Positions 43,701 to 56,228 of a stretch of DNA of 64,000 nt are shown here, piece after piece. The stretch is from Rebecca billardiae RCC1528 (Eukaryota; Protista; Haptophyta). Position 1 is the stretch's first letter. Each line of letters starts with the position of its first letter. Below the pieces are notes generated by a model, which was not told where the DNA came from, ran no database searches, and worked only from the letters and a program-made list of their open reading frames with translations. Both the position numbers and the translations under genes were made by a program. The DNA is taken from the NCBI GenBank assembly GCA_965240325.2, contig OZ251239.1, forward strand, positions 1,302,001 to 1,366,000, written 5' to 3'.

Positions 43701-46700
43701 GGCGGCGCGGCGGCGCGCGCGCGCGTACGTGAGCGCGCGCCGCGCCTGCCGCGCGCGCGCCGCGCGCTGCAGCGTCGTCGCCGCCGCGCGCCGCCGCGCG
43801 AGCGCGGCCGCGTGCGCGGCGCGCGCCGCGTGCGCGCGCCACGCGGCCTGCACCGCGGTGGCGGCGGCGGCGCGGCGCTCGCGCTCGGCGGCGACGGCGC
43901 GGCGCGCGGCGCGGCCGCGCCAGCGGCGCGCGAGCGTCGTCGCCGCGCGGAACCGCCGCCGCGCCTCGCGCCGCGCCTCGCGCCGCGCGACCGCCGCGCG
44001 CCGCGCGGCGGCGATGGCGGTGGCGGCGCCGCGCCGGCGCGCCGCGGTCGCGTCGCGTCGCGCGCGCGCGAGCAGGCCGCGCGCGCCCGCCTGCGCGATG
44101 GTGGCGGCGGCGGCGCGGGTGCGGCCGCGGTGCGCGGAGGCGCGGCGGCCGTTGCGCGCGCGCCACGAGCGCGCGATGTGCGTCGCCGCGCGCTCGCGCG
44201 CCGCCGCCTCCGCCGCGGCCGCCTGCCGCGCCGCGCGGCCGCGCGCCGCCGACTGCGCGCGGGTCGCCGCGGCGCTCCACGCGGCGCGGCGCGCGGCGGT
44301 GGCGGCGCGCGCCTGCGGCCCGCGCGCGAGGCGCGCCTGGATGCGCGTGGCGGCGAGGCGCTCGGCGCGCGCGCGCGCGAGCGCGCGCCGCTCCCGCCGC
44401 GCCGCCGCGCCGCGCGCGCCAGCTTGCAGCGCCGTCGCAGCGTCGCGCTCATCGCGCGCGCGCGCGAGCGCGGCGCGCCGCCGCGCGGCGGCGCGGCGGC
44501 GCGCGGCGGCCTCGATGCGCGTCGCCGCGGCCGTGTCGCGCGCGAAGCGGCGGCGGCCGGCCTCGGCGTGCGCGGCGCGGCGGCGCGCGTGCGCCTGCAG
44601 CGTCGTCGCCGCGCCGAGCGCGCGCGCGCGCGCGAGCCGCGCCGCGCGCCCGCGCGCCGCCGCGGCGATGGCAGTTTGCGCGAGCCCGCGCGCGACGGCG
44701 CGGCGCGCGGCGGCGGCGAGGCGCGTGGCGGCGGCGCGGCGGCGCAGCGCGCCGAGCCGCGCGGCGCGAAGCGCGGCGCGGCCGCGCTCGTGCGCCTGGA
44801 GCAGCGTGGCCGCGGCGTGCCGCGCGCGCGCCTCCTCGGCCGCCGCCGCGCGCGCCGCGCGCCCGCGCGCCGCCGCCTGCACCGCCGTCGCCGCCGCGTC
44901 GCGCGCCGCGGCCGCGTCGGCGGCGGCGCGGCGCGCGGCCGCGCCGCGCCACGCGGCCGCGAGCGCCGTCGCCGCGCGGCGCCGACGCGCGGCGAGCTGC
45001 GCGGCGCCGCCGCCGAGCGCGGAGCGCGCGGCGGCGGAGCGCCACGCGGCGGCGAGCCGCGTCGCCGCGCGCCGCCGCAGCTCGGCGCGCGCGCGCGCCG
45101 CCGCGCGCGCCGCGCGGCCGCGCTCGGCGGCGGCGAGCGCGGTCGCCGCGCGGCGCGCGGCGGCGCGCGGGCCGCGCGCGTACGCGGCGGCCGCCGAGCG
45201 CCCGCGCCAGCGCGCGCCGAGCACGCGCGCGGCGGCGTCGCGCGCGCGCGCGTCGGCGGCGGCGGCGGCGCGCGCGGCGCGCCCGCGCTCCGCCGCCGCG
45301 ATCGCTGTCGCCGCGCCGCGCCGCGCCGCGCGCGCGCGCAGCCCGGCGACGCGCGCCGCCGCGCGCCGCCGCGCCGCCGCCTGCAGAGCGGTGGCGGCGC
45401 GCGCGCGCGCGCGCCGCGTGCGCTCGAGGCGGGCGGCGCGGCGGCGCGCGGCGGCCTGCAGCGCGATGGCGGCGGCCTCGCGGCGGCGGCGCTCGCGCTC
45501 GGCCGCGACCGCGCGCCGCGCGAGCAGCGCGCGCGCGCCCGCCTGCGCGCGCACCGCGGCGGCGGCGCGCGCGGCGGCCGCGGCGCGGGCGCGCGCGCGC
45601 GCCGCGCGGCCGCGCTCGGCGGCGGCGAGCGCGGCGGCGGCGCGGCCGCGCGCGGCGGCGGCGGCGGCGGCGTCGGCGCGCGCGGCGTGGCCGCGCCAGC
45701 GCGCGCCGAGCGCGGTCGCCGCCGCGCGCCGCGCCGCGCCCTCCGCGCGCGCCGCCGCGCGCGCCGTGCGCCCGCGCTCGGCGGCGGCGATGGCGATGGC
45801 GGCGCGCAGCGCGGCGCGGCGCGCGCGCTCGGCGCGCGCCGCGCGCCGCGCGGCCGCGCCGCGGCCGCCCGCGGCGAGCGCGGTGGCGGCGAGGGTGCGG
45901 CGGCGCGCCTCGCGCCGCGCGCGCGCGTCGGCGCGGTCGACCATGCCGCGCGCGCCCGCCGCGAGCGCCGTCGCGCCGCGCTGCCGCCGCCGCTCCTCGC
46001 GCGCCGCGCGCGCGCGCGCGCGGTCGGCCATGCCGCGCGCGCCCGCGGCGAGCGCGCTCGCCGCGCGCTGCCGCCGCCGCGCCTCGCGCCGCGCGCGCGC
46101 GTCGGCGCGGTCGACCATCCCGCGCGCGCCCGCCGCGAGCGCCGTCGCCGCGCGCCGCCGGTTGCGCTCGCGCACGAGGATCGACGCGATCACGCGGTCG
46201 GCCTTGCCGCGCGCCACCGCCTGGATGGTCGCGGCGGCGCGCTCGCGCCGCCGCGCGTCGCGCAGCGCCGCCGCGCGCGCGCGGCCCGCGTCGCCGCGCG
46301 CGCGCGCCTGCAGGCGCGTGGCCGCGGCCTCGCGGCGGCGCGCCTCGCGCAGCGCGCCGACGGCGCGGCGCGCTCGCACGCCGCGCCACGCGCTGCTCAG
46401 CCGCGTCGCCGCGTGGTACCGCCGCCAGTACGTCGCGAGTCGCTCGCGCTCGCGCGCGCGGCGCGCGCGCTCCGCGCGCGCCGCGTGCCGCCTGTAGCAC
46501 CGCTGGATGTGCACCGACGCCGCGCGCATCGCGGCCAACTGCTCGGCGGTGCGAGCTCGCTCCTCCGCGACGCGCTGACGGGCGTACGCCTCCGCCGCCG
46601 CCTTGCGCCGCAGCTTGCCCGCGCGCTTGCGCGCCGCGCGGCAGCGCGCGGCGCACTGCAGCGTCAGCGCCGCGGTGCCGCGCGCGCGCAGCCGCCGCAC

Positions 46701-49700
46701 GCGCCGCGCGGCGAGCCGGCGGCGCGCGGCGGCCTGCAGCGCGATCGCGGCGGCGCGGCGCTCGGCGCGCCGCCGCCGCTCGCGCGCCGCGCCGCGCCGC
46801 CGCGCCGCCGCCTGCAGCGCCGTCGCCGCGTCGCGCCGCGCGGCCGCGGCCGCGGCGACGCGCCGGCCAGCGCGGCCGCGCGCGCGCCGCTGGATGGCGC
46901 GCGCGGCACCGTCGCGCCGCGCGCGCTCGGCGGCGAGCGCGGCGGCGAGCGCGCGCGCGCCGTTGCCGCGCGCGAGCGCTTGGATGGCCGTGGCCGCGCG
47001 CTCGCGCCGCCGCGCCTCGCGCAGCGCCGCCGCGCGCGCGCGCTCGGCGTTGCCGCGCGCCACCGCCTGGATCGCCGCGGCGGCGCGCTCGCGCCGCCGC
47101 GCGTCGCGCGCCGCCGCCGCGCGCGCACGGCCCGCGCCGCCGCGCGCGCGCGCCTGGATGGCTGCGGCGGCGAGGTCGAGGCGGCGCGACTCGCGCGCGC
47201 GCGCCGCCGCGCGCCGCGCGGCCATGCCGCGCGCCGCCGCCTGCATCGCCGTCGCGGCCGCGCCGACGCGGCCGCGCGCCGCCGCGCCCGGCGCGGCGCG
47301 CGCCGCGCGGCCGCGCGCGACGGCCTGCACGCGCGTCGCCGCCGCGTGCCGCGCGCGCTCGAGTGCCTCCGCCTCCTCGCGCCGCCGCTGCTCCGCCTCG
47401 AGCGCCGCGCGAGCCTCGCGCTCCGCCGCCGCCTCCGCCTGCGCCGCCGCGAGCGCCGCCTCGAGCGCGGCGATGCGCTCGGCGGTGCGCGGCGTCAGGC
47501 CGCCGCCGGTGGCGCTGGGCGGCGCGGCGGGCGCGGCGGCGGCGGGCGCGGTCGAGGGCGCGCCCGCTGCGACGAGCGCCGCGCCGCCGGCTGCCACGCC
47601 TGCCACGCCGCCCGCCGCGGCGGCGGCCGCGGCGGCCGCGTCGGCGTCGGCGGCCGCGTCGGTGTCGGCGTCGGCTGCCGCGCCGCCGCCGTCCGCCTCC
47701 GCCGCGCCGGCCGTGGCCGCGGCCGCGGCCGCCGCTTGGGCGCTCGCCGCATCGGCCGAGCCGCCGTGCGTCGCATCGCCGTCGGCGGCCGAGCCCTCGG
47801 CCGCGCCCTCGCCGCCCGCCTCGGCCGCCGCCGCCGCGGCGTCGGGCGCGACGGCCGGCGCCGCGCCGCGCTCGGCGGCCGACAAAGCGTCCGCCGCGCG
47901 CTCCGCCTCCGGAGCTGGCGGCGCCGTCGCCGCGGGCGCGGCGGCGGACGCGGCGCCGGAGTCCGATGGCGCGGCCGCGGCGTCGTCTGGCGCCTCCGCG
48001 GGGCCCGCGTCGGCCGGCTCGGCGGCCGGCGCCACGCTCGCCGCGGCGGCCGCCGGCGCGGGCGCGCCGTCGGCCGCCGCCGCCGCGCCATCGCCCGCCG
48101 CGGCGTGCGCGGGCGCGGCGCCGCCCTCAGCCTCCGCGCCCGCCGCCCCGCCCTCGCCGCCGGCACCGACACCCAGCACGCTCGCCGGCGCGGCCGCGGC
48201 CTCTGGCGCCTCCTCCGACGGCAGCACCGCCGCCGCCGCCGCCGCCCCTTCCGGCACCGCCGCCGCGTCGTCGGCGTCAGCGGCGGGCGCGGCCGGCGGC
48301 GTGTCTGCCGCGGGCGCGGCCTGCGCGGCGGCCGGCGCGGCGGCCGGCGGCGCCGCGGCAGCGTCCGCGCCGGCTGGCTGCGCGCGCGCCGCGTCGGCGG
48401 CGTCGGCGGGCGCCGGCGCGGGCTCAGCCAGCGCGGGCGCGCCGCCGCGCTCGTCGTCGGCGGCGGCGGCGGGCGGCGCGGCGCGCGCGGCGGGCGCGGG
48501 CGCTGCGGCTACGGGCGCGGCGGCGGCGGGCGGCGCGGCGGCGGCGGGCGGCGCGGCCGGGCGCTCCGGCCTGCCGCGCAGCCGCCAGCGCGCGAGCGCG
48601 CCGCGCGCCGCCGCCTCGATCCGCACCGCCGCGAGCACCAACCTCGTCGCGGGCGCCGCCTGCAGGTTCGCCTCGGCGCCGCGCGCGATCTCCGCGATGA
48701 AGGAGGAGTCGGAGAGCGCGAGCGAGCGGAGCGTCGCCGCGGCGTTCTGCGCGTGCAGGAAGGAGGCCACGTTGGTGTTCTCCGCGACGGCGGGGTCGGA
48801 GAGGCAGTTCTGCAGCGTCGCGGTCGCGTACAGCCTAGTCGCCTCGTCCTCCAGCGCGAGCAGGTGCGCGCACACCTCGAAGCCGCCGCCGTCCACCACG
48901 AGCTGCGCGCCGCCGATGTCGGCCACGTTGGCGAGCACGCACGCGCACATCGCCACCGTCTCGTCGCGCTCGAGCTCGTACGTCTCGTGGATCAGCGCGA
49001 CGACGGATGGCACGAGCTCATGCCGCTCGGCGACGCTGATGGCGGACGCGTGCAGCGGCTCGGGCAGCTCCGCCACCGCCGCGGCGAGCTTGCCCACCGC
49101 CGCCTCGCGCGCCTCGATGCGCGTCGCCTTGGGGCGCATCCGGCGCGCGAGCCGGCCGAGCGCGCGCAGCGGGTCGGGCGCGCCGCCGCCGTCGGCCGAG
49201 GCGACGGAGGCGTCGGAGGCCGAGCCGTAGCCGCCGCTGCCGCCGAGCGCGTCGGCGGACGACTGCGGCGCGAGCCGGTCGGGCGAGAGCGGCGGCGAGA
49301 GGCTCGCGCCCTCGTCCGCGTCGTCGGCGTCGGCGTCGCCGCCGTCCGCGCGCGCCGCCGGCTCGGCGGGCGGCGCGGGCGCGACCGCGCGCGCGGCGGC
49401 GGCGGGCGCGGCGCCGCGCTCCGCGCCGGAGGCGGCGGCGTGCTGCTGCTGCCGCGCCGCCGCGCCGCGCGCGCGCGCCTCGCGCGTCGACTCGCGCGCG
49501 AGGTACCCGCGCGCCCACGCCTGCAGAACCACCGCGGCGCGCAGCCAGTACGCGCCCGGCGCCATCGCGTCGTTCTGCGCCGCGCCCGCCGCCATCTCCG
49601 CGACCAGCGGGATCTCCGAGCCCTCGAGCTCGGCGAGGCGCGCCTGCGCGCCCGATCGCCACACTGCGTCGGCCACGCTGGGGTCCGCGCCGACGGCCTC

Positions 49701-51050
49701 GTCGGAGAGCGCGTTCTGCGCGAGCGCGCACGCGTACAGCTGGATCGCGACGTCGGCGGACATGAGCAGCGACAGCGCGAGCGCAAGCCCGCCACCGTCG
49801 ACGACCGCGCGCGCGCCGCCAATGCTCGCGACGTTAGCCAACACGCAGAGCACCATCGCCACCGTCGCCGCGGGCGTGGGCGCGTCCGCGCCGCCGCCGC
49901 CGCCCGCGTCCGAGTCCGCCTCCGCGCCGTGCGACGGGTTGGACAGCTCGTCCGAGCCGACGATCGCGGCGCGCGCCGACGCGGCCGCGCGCTTGGCGTC
50001 GTCCGGCGGGTCGCGCGGCACCCAGCGCACGAGTGCTGCGGTGGGCAGGCCCGAACCCTCCGTCGCCGTCAGCAGGATGGCCGCCTCGGCCGCCGAGTCC
50101 GCCGCCTCCTGCGCGGGGGGCGGGGGGCGCGGGAGGGCGCGCGGCTGAGCGGGAGCGCGGCGGTGCGCGGTGCGCGGCCGTGCGCGCGCGCGGTGCCGCG
50201 GCCGCGCCGCGCCACGCCGCGCGCGCTCAGGGCCGCACCTCGCGCGCGGTGGGCAGCAGCAGCAGCTGGCAGTGCGCTCGGCCCAGGCTGACGAGCGCGC
50301 CGATCAGGTCGGCGCGGAGGACGTCGAGCATCGTGCCGGGCTGCAGCTCGGGCGGCACCTCGGCGAGCAGCTCGGCGAGCTCGGATGCCGCCGCCGAGCC
50401 CGAGCGCCCGCCCGCGCGCACCGTCGCCGCCAGCTTCGACAGTTCGGACTCCGGTCTGAGTGCGCGCGCGCGCGCGCGGTCGGCCATGCCGCGCGCGGCG
50501 GACTGGATCGTTACGAGCCGGCCGAGCGCGTAACGGCCGAACGCGCCGTGCAGGTTCTCGAGCGCGCCCTCGGCGACGGCCGCGACGCCCGAGTCCGACG
50601 CGTCGTTGAGCAGCGGCTCGAGCAGCGCTTGCACGCCTGCGCGCACACGCACACACGCGCGCACACGCGAACGCACACACGCGCACGCACACACACACGC
50701 GCGCGCACACGCACACACGCGGACGCACACACGCACGGCGGGAGCGAGCGAGGCGGCGGGTGAGCGCCGTGCGCGCGCGCACGCGCACGCCCTGCGCGCG
50801 CGGCTTGCGCGCGCACCCAGCCGCTCCGCGTAGTCCGCCACCACCACGTCCGCCGCGAGCTCCTCGTCTGACAGCACGTTCTGCACCGCAGCGGCAGCAT
50901 ACAGCTTGACAGACGCGTCGTCCGCCTGCAGCAGGCGGACGCAGAGCTCGAAGCCGCCGCCCTCGACGACGAGCGAGGCGGAGCCCACGTCGGCGAGGTT
51001 CGCGAGCACGCACGCGCACAGCGCCACCACGTTGTCGTTCGCCTGCAGCC

Positions 51051-51081
<31 letters not shown>

Positions 51082-52369
51082 GCGCGCGCGGCGACGGCGA
51101 CGGCGGTGTGGTCAGCGGCGCGGCGCGGCGCGGCTCGGCGCGCGGCGGGGCGCTCCGGCCAGCACGCACGCGGAGGCGCGCGCGCGCGCGCACCAGCTGC
51201 CACGCCTCGTTGATCAGCGCGCACACGTGCGCCACCAGCTCGCCCTCGCGCGCCGCCTCGTGCGCCTCCGCCTCCTCCGCGGGGGAGATGTCAGCGACGA
51301 GGGCGGCGACGCGGCGCGCGGCCGCCTCGCGTGTCTCAAACGAGTTTTGCGCGGGCGCGGCGGCGGGGTCTGCGCCCTGGAAGGCGGGCGCGAGCTGGCG
51401 GCAGAGCATGCGCAGCCTCGCCGGCCGCTCCCGCCGCCGCGTCGCCAGCCCGCGCGCGTGCGCCTGCAGCCGCACTACCGCCGCCTCCTCCGCCGCCGAG
51501 CGCTCCGCCTCGTGAGCCAACCGCACAGCCAGCGCCTCGCCCAGCCGCGAGACGTCCACCTGCGCCTTGAGCCGCTCGGCGTGCGCGTCGGAGCAGGCCT
51601 GCACGTTGACCAGCGCGCCTGGTGGGTCGCGGGCGCGCGCGCGCGCGCGCGCGAGCGCGCGCGTGCGTCAGGTGGGCCGGCGCGCGCGGCGGCGCGCGGC
51701 GGCGCGCGGCGCGCGCGGGTGGAGCGCGCGCCGCACCTGTGGCGATGCGCGCAACCTCCGCGTCGTCGCCGTCCATCAGGCGCGAGAGCGCGTCGACGCC
51801 GCCGAGGTCGAAGAGCCTGTCGACGCACTCCGTGTCCGCCAGCATGTTCTGCACGCCCGCGGCTGCGCTCGGCGCACCGAGCGGGCGCGGCGGCGCGAGG
51901 CGCGCGGCGCGGCGCGGCGCGGCGGCGGTCGGTGCGCGCGTGCGGCACGGCCGCGCGAGCGCGCGCGCGCGCGCGCGGCGCGCGCACCGGCGTAGTAGTG
52001 GAGCGACGGGTTCGTCGAGTCGAGCATGCCCACGAGCAGCTCGAACGCGCCCGCGCCCTTCGCCTCCGCGTGCGCGCCAATGTCTGCCAGGTTCACGACA
52101 ATGCTGAGCCCGATGAACGCGAGGCGGAGCTGGCCGGGGTCGGTGTTCGAGTCGTGGAGCGAGCGCAGCGCGTCGACGAGCGCGGGCAGGAACGCGTGCT
52201 CCCGCACCGCCTCGAGCAGCTCGGGCACCTGCTCGTCCACCGCGCTCGCGCTGAGGCGCGCGACCGACTCGATCGCCGCCTCCGCCTCCGCGGACACGCC
52301 CGCGCGCAGCTGGCGCGCGGCCTCGGCGACGCGCCAGGAGGTGGTGGGGTTGCGTGGGGTCTCGTCCAT
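40778..52369 (-). CDS. Giant multi-exon protein with repeated ARM-like modules and dozens of IQ motifs
   Basis: ATG at 52369. Predicted in-phase introns: 51863-51987, 51619-51736, 51043-51193, 50637-50816, 50109-50238, 43410-43544, 42918-43230, 42463-42691, ~42050-42213. Repeated (L/V)xN(L/V)A(D/S)xG...GGG(F/L)...LYAxAxxQNxLSD modules and tandem AAxxIQAxARG motifs. The 3' end is uncertain. Confidence 0.75.
42467..42545. repeat. Interstitial telomere-like tandem repeat (TTAGGGTTGGGGG)~6 within an intron
   Basis: 13-nt unit read directly. It abuts the predicted acceptor at 42463-42464 on the minus strand. Confidence 0.9.
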
Positions 52370-52869
52370 GCCGTGCGGCGGCGCGGGCCCGCGCCCGCCG
52401 GGCCGATCCGCTGGCGCTCCGCGCCTGCCGCTGTGCGCGCGGCAAGCCCCGGGAGCTGTGAGGCGGCCTCGCCGCCACTTGCCTGTTGTGTTGGCAGGAT
52501 CGAGTAACAAGCGCCCGCCACGGAGAGCTCCGGACTTGGGGCAGAAGTTCAGAAGTCGACGGGACTCTCAAAGCGGGTTTGTGGGGCGCACTGATGAATA
52601 GGGGGTCATTCATCTCAGCTCATATATACAGCTCGAACAGCTTGAACAACTACATAGTAAGACCGCAGTTCGCGGTAATGGTGATGAATACAGTACTCTA
52701 CCCCCATGACCTTCGCGGCTATGTATCTAATCAAGGTACGAGCACGGTCGCACCAAGGAAGGGGCTGTCGCACAGCCTAAACCGTGTGCGTTGGTTGGCA
52801 GCCCGCCGGCATCGCCGGAGTGGCAAGGGCTCTGACGGCTGGGGGACAGTGCCGCGGCAGCCGCGCACG

Positions 52870-52870
<1 letters not shown>

Positions 52871-52917
<47 letters not shown>

Positions 52918-52984
52918 ACACACACACACACACACACACACATTCACACACACGCACGCACACACACACACACACACACACACG
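52871..52984. repeat. (CA)n microsatellite
   Basis: Interrupted CACA run. Confidence 0.95.
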
Positions 52985-54668
52985 TGTCGCACCGCGCACG
53001 GGCAGCCTGAGCATGGCCGCCATGACTCACACCATGCGCACGCGCCCGCTGGTGCCCGCGAACAGGGTTATTCGTCCGCTGCACCGAGACGGTCGTCACC
53101 GGGGCGTGGTCGGGCAATCTAGCCATGCACCCCTGCAGAGCACACGCTGCGTCACGGTCGCTGTAGGTGCGTCACTCGAGGAAGGGTAATGACGTCGGGC
53201 GGATGCACTGGTGCTTTGTTGTGGTTCGGGGCGGTGCTATCTATTGATGACGACAGCGCACAGGCTTGTGAGGCATTACTCGCGCTCCTCTCACCACCAC
53301 CGCAGTCAGTCTGCTGCAGCCAACCGACCCCCCTGTAGTCCTTTTCGCCAGGCGCAGCCCTGCGACGGCCGACGTGGCTCCTTCTCTGCCCCTGGCAGTG
53401 GGCTGTGGGCACCGTGGCACAGTGTGATGGCGTCTGCTGCGGTAGCCAGTGCTCATCAGCAACTACGTCAACAGTGTGACATACTGTCTGAAGTGCACGG
53501 TATCCTGAGAGCTCCGGCCAGGCACGGCCGGGTCTAAGCGGTGCCCAACCAATGCGTGATGATGGGCGATCTTATTGGCTTCATTCTTGCTGAGCGGTAG
53601 CAGTACAAGCGTGCAAGATACGTCGCCACTTCACTGGCGAAGTAGTATATGCCTTCTACTTCCTCCAGACAGCACGGAGTAGCACCATCCAACAGCGAGC
53701 AGACAGAGTAGTGGCCGACTGAAATCTGGCGGCGGGCGCGGCGGCGCAGCACCATCAGTCAGCATACGCCACGGACGGAGAAGATGCCCAGCAGTGCCGC
53801 TGCAGTGGTCACAATGCCGCCGCATCCATCGATATACTTTTCGACTTGTTGTTTGGTCAAGGCGTGTCTTGTGACAAGGCTGCTGCATGTCTACGATATG
53901 CTGTAGTGCGCGCCCGCTACGAGTGAGCCTTTGCACACGCCGTGCATGGCATTGCTCATGACATTCATTGCTCATGAAGTGGCCGTTCGTACAATCGTCC
54001 GGCAGGGCTATCCCTCCAAAGCCGACCAGGCAGACCGCATATTGTACAGCAGTAAGGGCAACCGCATGATGAACGAGTCCGACGACTGCACGTACAGCGG
54101 CATCCCTGGCCATCTACGACCTCCGTATGATCTGCATCGGCGACGACTCCCTCACCCGCGGCCAACGCGCTCACATTCTCCGTCTCCAACCAGTCCTTCT
54201 TAGGCACTTCTTACCCGGTACCGGTCTGTTTTGTGGCGGTGTCTTTGCGCAGTGTTGGATGGCGTCAATCACGCCTTAACCAAGTGTGCACGTTAAAACA
54301 TAGTAAACTGTACAGTATCGCCCCGCTTCGGCTTGGTTCATTCATCAGCCTGCTTTGAGACCAGATTCGCACGCTCGATGGGGCCCTTGCCAGCGGTTCG
54401 TGCAACGGCGGGAAATAAGGTCGTCCTGGCACAGCATGCAAGTTCAGTGGCCGCTGTGATGCCGGCTGATGCGCCAAGGATGAGCGCTCGATGAGCGCGC
54501 TTGATGACAGGAATCACAGGATGTGTGCTGGTTGATGCGCACCGCAGATACCTGCGCATCTCGCGTCGGCGCGAGTCACGGACGGGCCGGTGGGCACAGG
54601 ACGGCGGCAAGCCTCGGAGTGCACGGGCGCGGCAGAAGGCCGAGGGGCATCGCGATACCGGCAACGGC

Positions 54669-56228
54669 ATGCCGTCCGAACCTCCGGGCGGCTCTACTCG
54701 CAGCTGCGCCCTCGTCGCGCCGCACCGCGGCAGCGCGGAGCAACACGCTTTGCCGCGCGCCATGCGGCAGCAGCAGCCGCAGCGCGCGGAGGAGGCGGAG
54801 GAGCAGCCCAACGCCGGCGTCAAGGACGAGACGTCCGCAGTGGCGCCGCACGAGATGACCGACCTCGACGCCGCCATTGCCAAGACGACCACCTCGCTGC
54901 AGCGGCGCCCACTCGCGCGCACGCTGCACGCGCACGGCGCTCTCGACGACGTCCACGCGGCGACGGCGGCGCGCGGCCTTTTTCGCGAGGACGACGGGTG
55001 GTGTGGGCAGGCCCGGCACGGTCTCGCGCCGCGAAGCGCGCGCTGCGAAGCGCAGGCGCGTACCGTGCACGGGGAGGACCGCACGCTCGAGCCCATGCGC
55101 GGGCTCTCGGCGTCCGAGCTCCTCGCCGCGCCGGCCGCTGTGCCCCTTAGGCTCCGGCCACCAACTGTCATCACCGCCGCAGCTTCGGCCGAGTCGGAGT
55201 CGGAGCTCACGGCTGCGCTCGGCGCAGCCGACGCCGCCGAGGAGACCACGCCGACGCGCCAGGCGGCCGTGCACCACCCAAAGGACGGGCGGCCGTTCGG
55301 CACGCTGCGCGCCGTGTCAGGAGCGGCCCCCGTCGAGTGCCGCCGGCGCGCTGAGCTCGCCGCCGCTGATGATGATCGGCCGGCGGCAGGCGCGGACGAG
55401 GCGACGGCGGCGGCTCCCGGCGTCATCGTTGCCGCTACGACTCAGTGCGCGCCGGCGGCTGGCCGGCTTGGTGGGGTCGAGCCTCTCCAGCCCGACACCC
55501 CGCTCGGCGTGGACGGCGCCGCCGCTTCCAAAAGTCAGCAGCAGGCCTCCACCACCACCGGCGCCGCCGGTGCCGCCGCCGCGGCCTCGGCCGGCGCGCC
55601 GGCGGCAGCGCGCGGGCTAGGTGTAGCGCACACGCCCTTCACACCCGACTTCTCCGACGAGGCGCGTGCCATCGCGGCCGGCGTCGATGCTGCGCCAACG
55701 CCCAAGTCCGGCGTCCGTCGGCCGGTCAGCGCCCGAGGCCGCCCCCCCCTCCCACCGCGCGCGCCGCCGCCCGCCAAATCTGGCCCGCGCGCCGCCGCTA
55801 CGCCAGGCACCTCTCGCCCCCGAGGGCCGCCAAGCCCGTTGGCGCCACCGCCCGTCGTTGGCAGTGGCGGTGCCGTGGTGGCCGCCGCACCCGCCGCCGT
55901 CGGCTGCGGCTGCCGCCCGTCGTCCACGGCACCACAGCCATCGGCGGGCCCGTCGGCGCCACCGGCATCATCAGCGCCGCCGCCGCCGGCACGCCGAGGT
56001 GTGCGCATCCTTGGACCGCGCGGCTGTGGCGCCTCGGCCGTGAAGCCGGCGCCGAGCGGGCGGGCGCCGGCTGCGGCTGCGGCTGCAGCCGACGCGGCGG
56101 AGGCGGGCGGCGAGGTGATGGCGGGTGATGATGGGGGCATGCAGCAGCAGCCAGCAGCGCGCGCGCAGATCACGCCGTCATCAGCCCGGTCCGCGCCGCC
56201 GCCGTCGTATTATTCTATTAATAATTAA
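54669..56228 (+). CDS. Hypothetical low-complexity Ala/Pro-rich protein
   Basis: Long open frame from the first in-frame ATG in coding-like context (MPSEPPGG) to a stop that coincides with an AT-rich 3' tract. No domain recognised. Start uncertain. Confidence 0.5.
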   Translation: MPSEPPGGSTRSCALVAPHRGSAEQHALPRAMRQQQPQRAEEAEEQPNAGVKDETSAVAPHEMTDLDAAIAKTTTSLQRRPLARTLHAHGALDDVHAATAARGLFREDDGWCGQARHGLAPRSARCEAQARTVHGEDRTLEPMRGLSASELLAAPAAVPLRLRPPTVITAAASAESESELTAALGAADAAEETTPTRQAAVHHPKDGRPFGTLRAVSGAAPVECRRRAELAAADDDRPAAGADEATAAAPGVIVAATTQCAPAAGRLGGVEPLQPDTPLGVDGAAASKSQQQASTTTGAAGAAAAASAGAPAAARGLGVAHTPFTPDFSDEARAIAAGVDAAPTPKSGVRRPVSARGRPPLPPRAPPPAKSGPRAAATPGTSRPRGPPSPLAPPPVVGSGGAVVAAAPAAVGCGCRPSSTAPQPSAGPSAPPASSAPPPPARRGVRILGPRGCGASAVKPAPSGRAPAAAAAAADAAEAGGEVMAGDDGGMQQQPAARAQITPSSARSAPPPSYYSINN

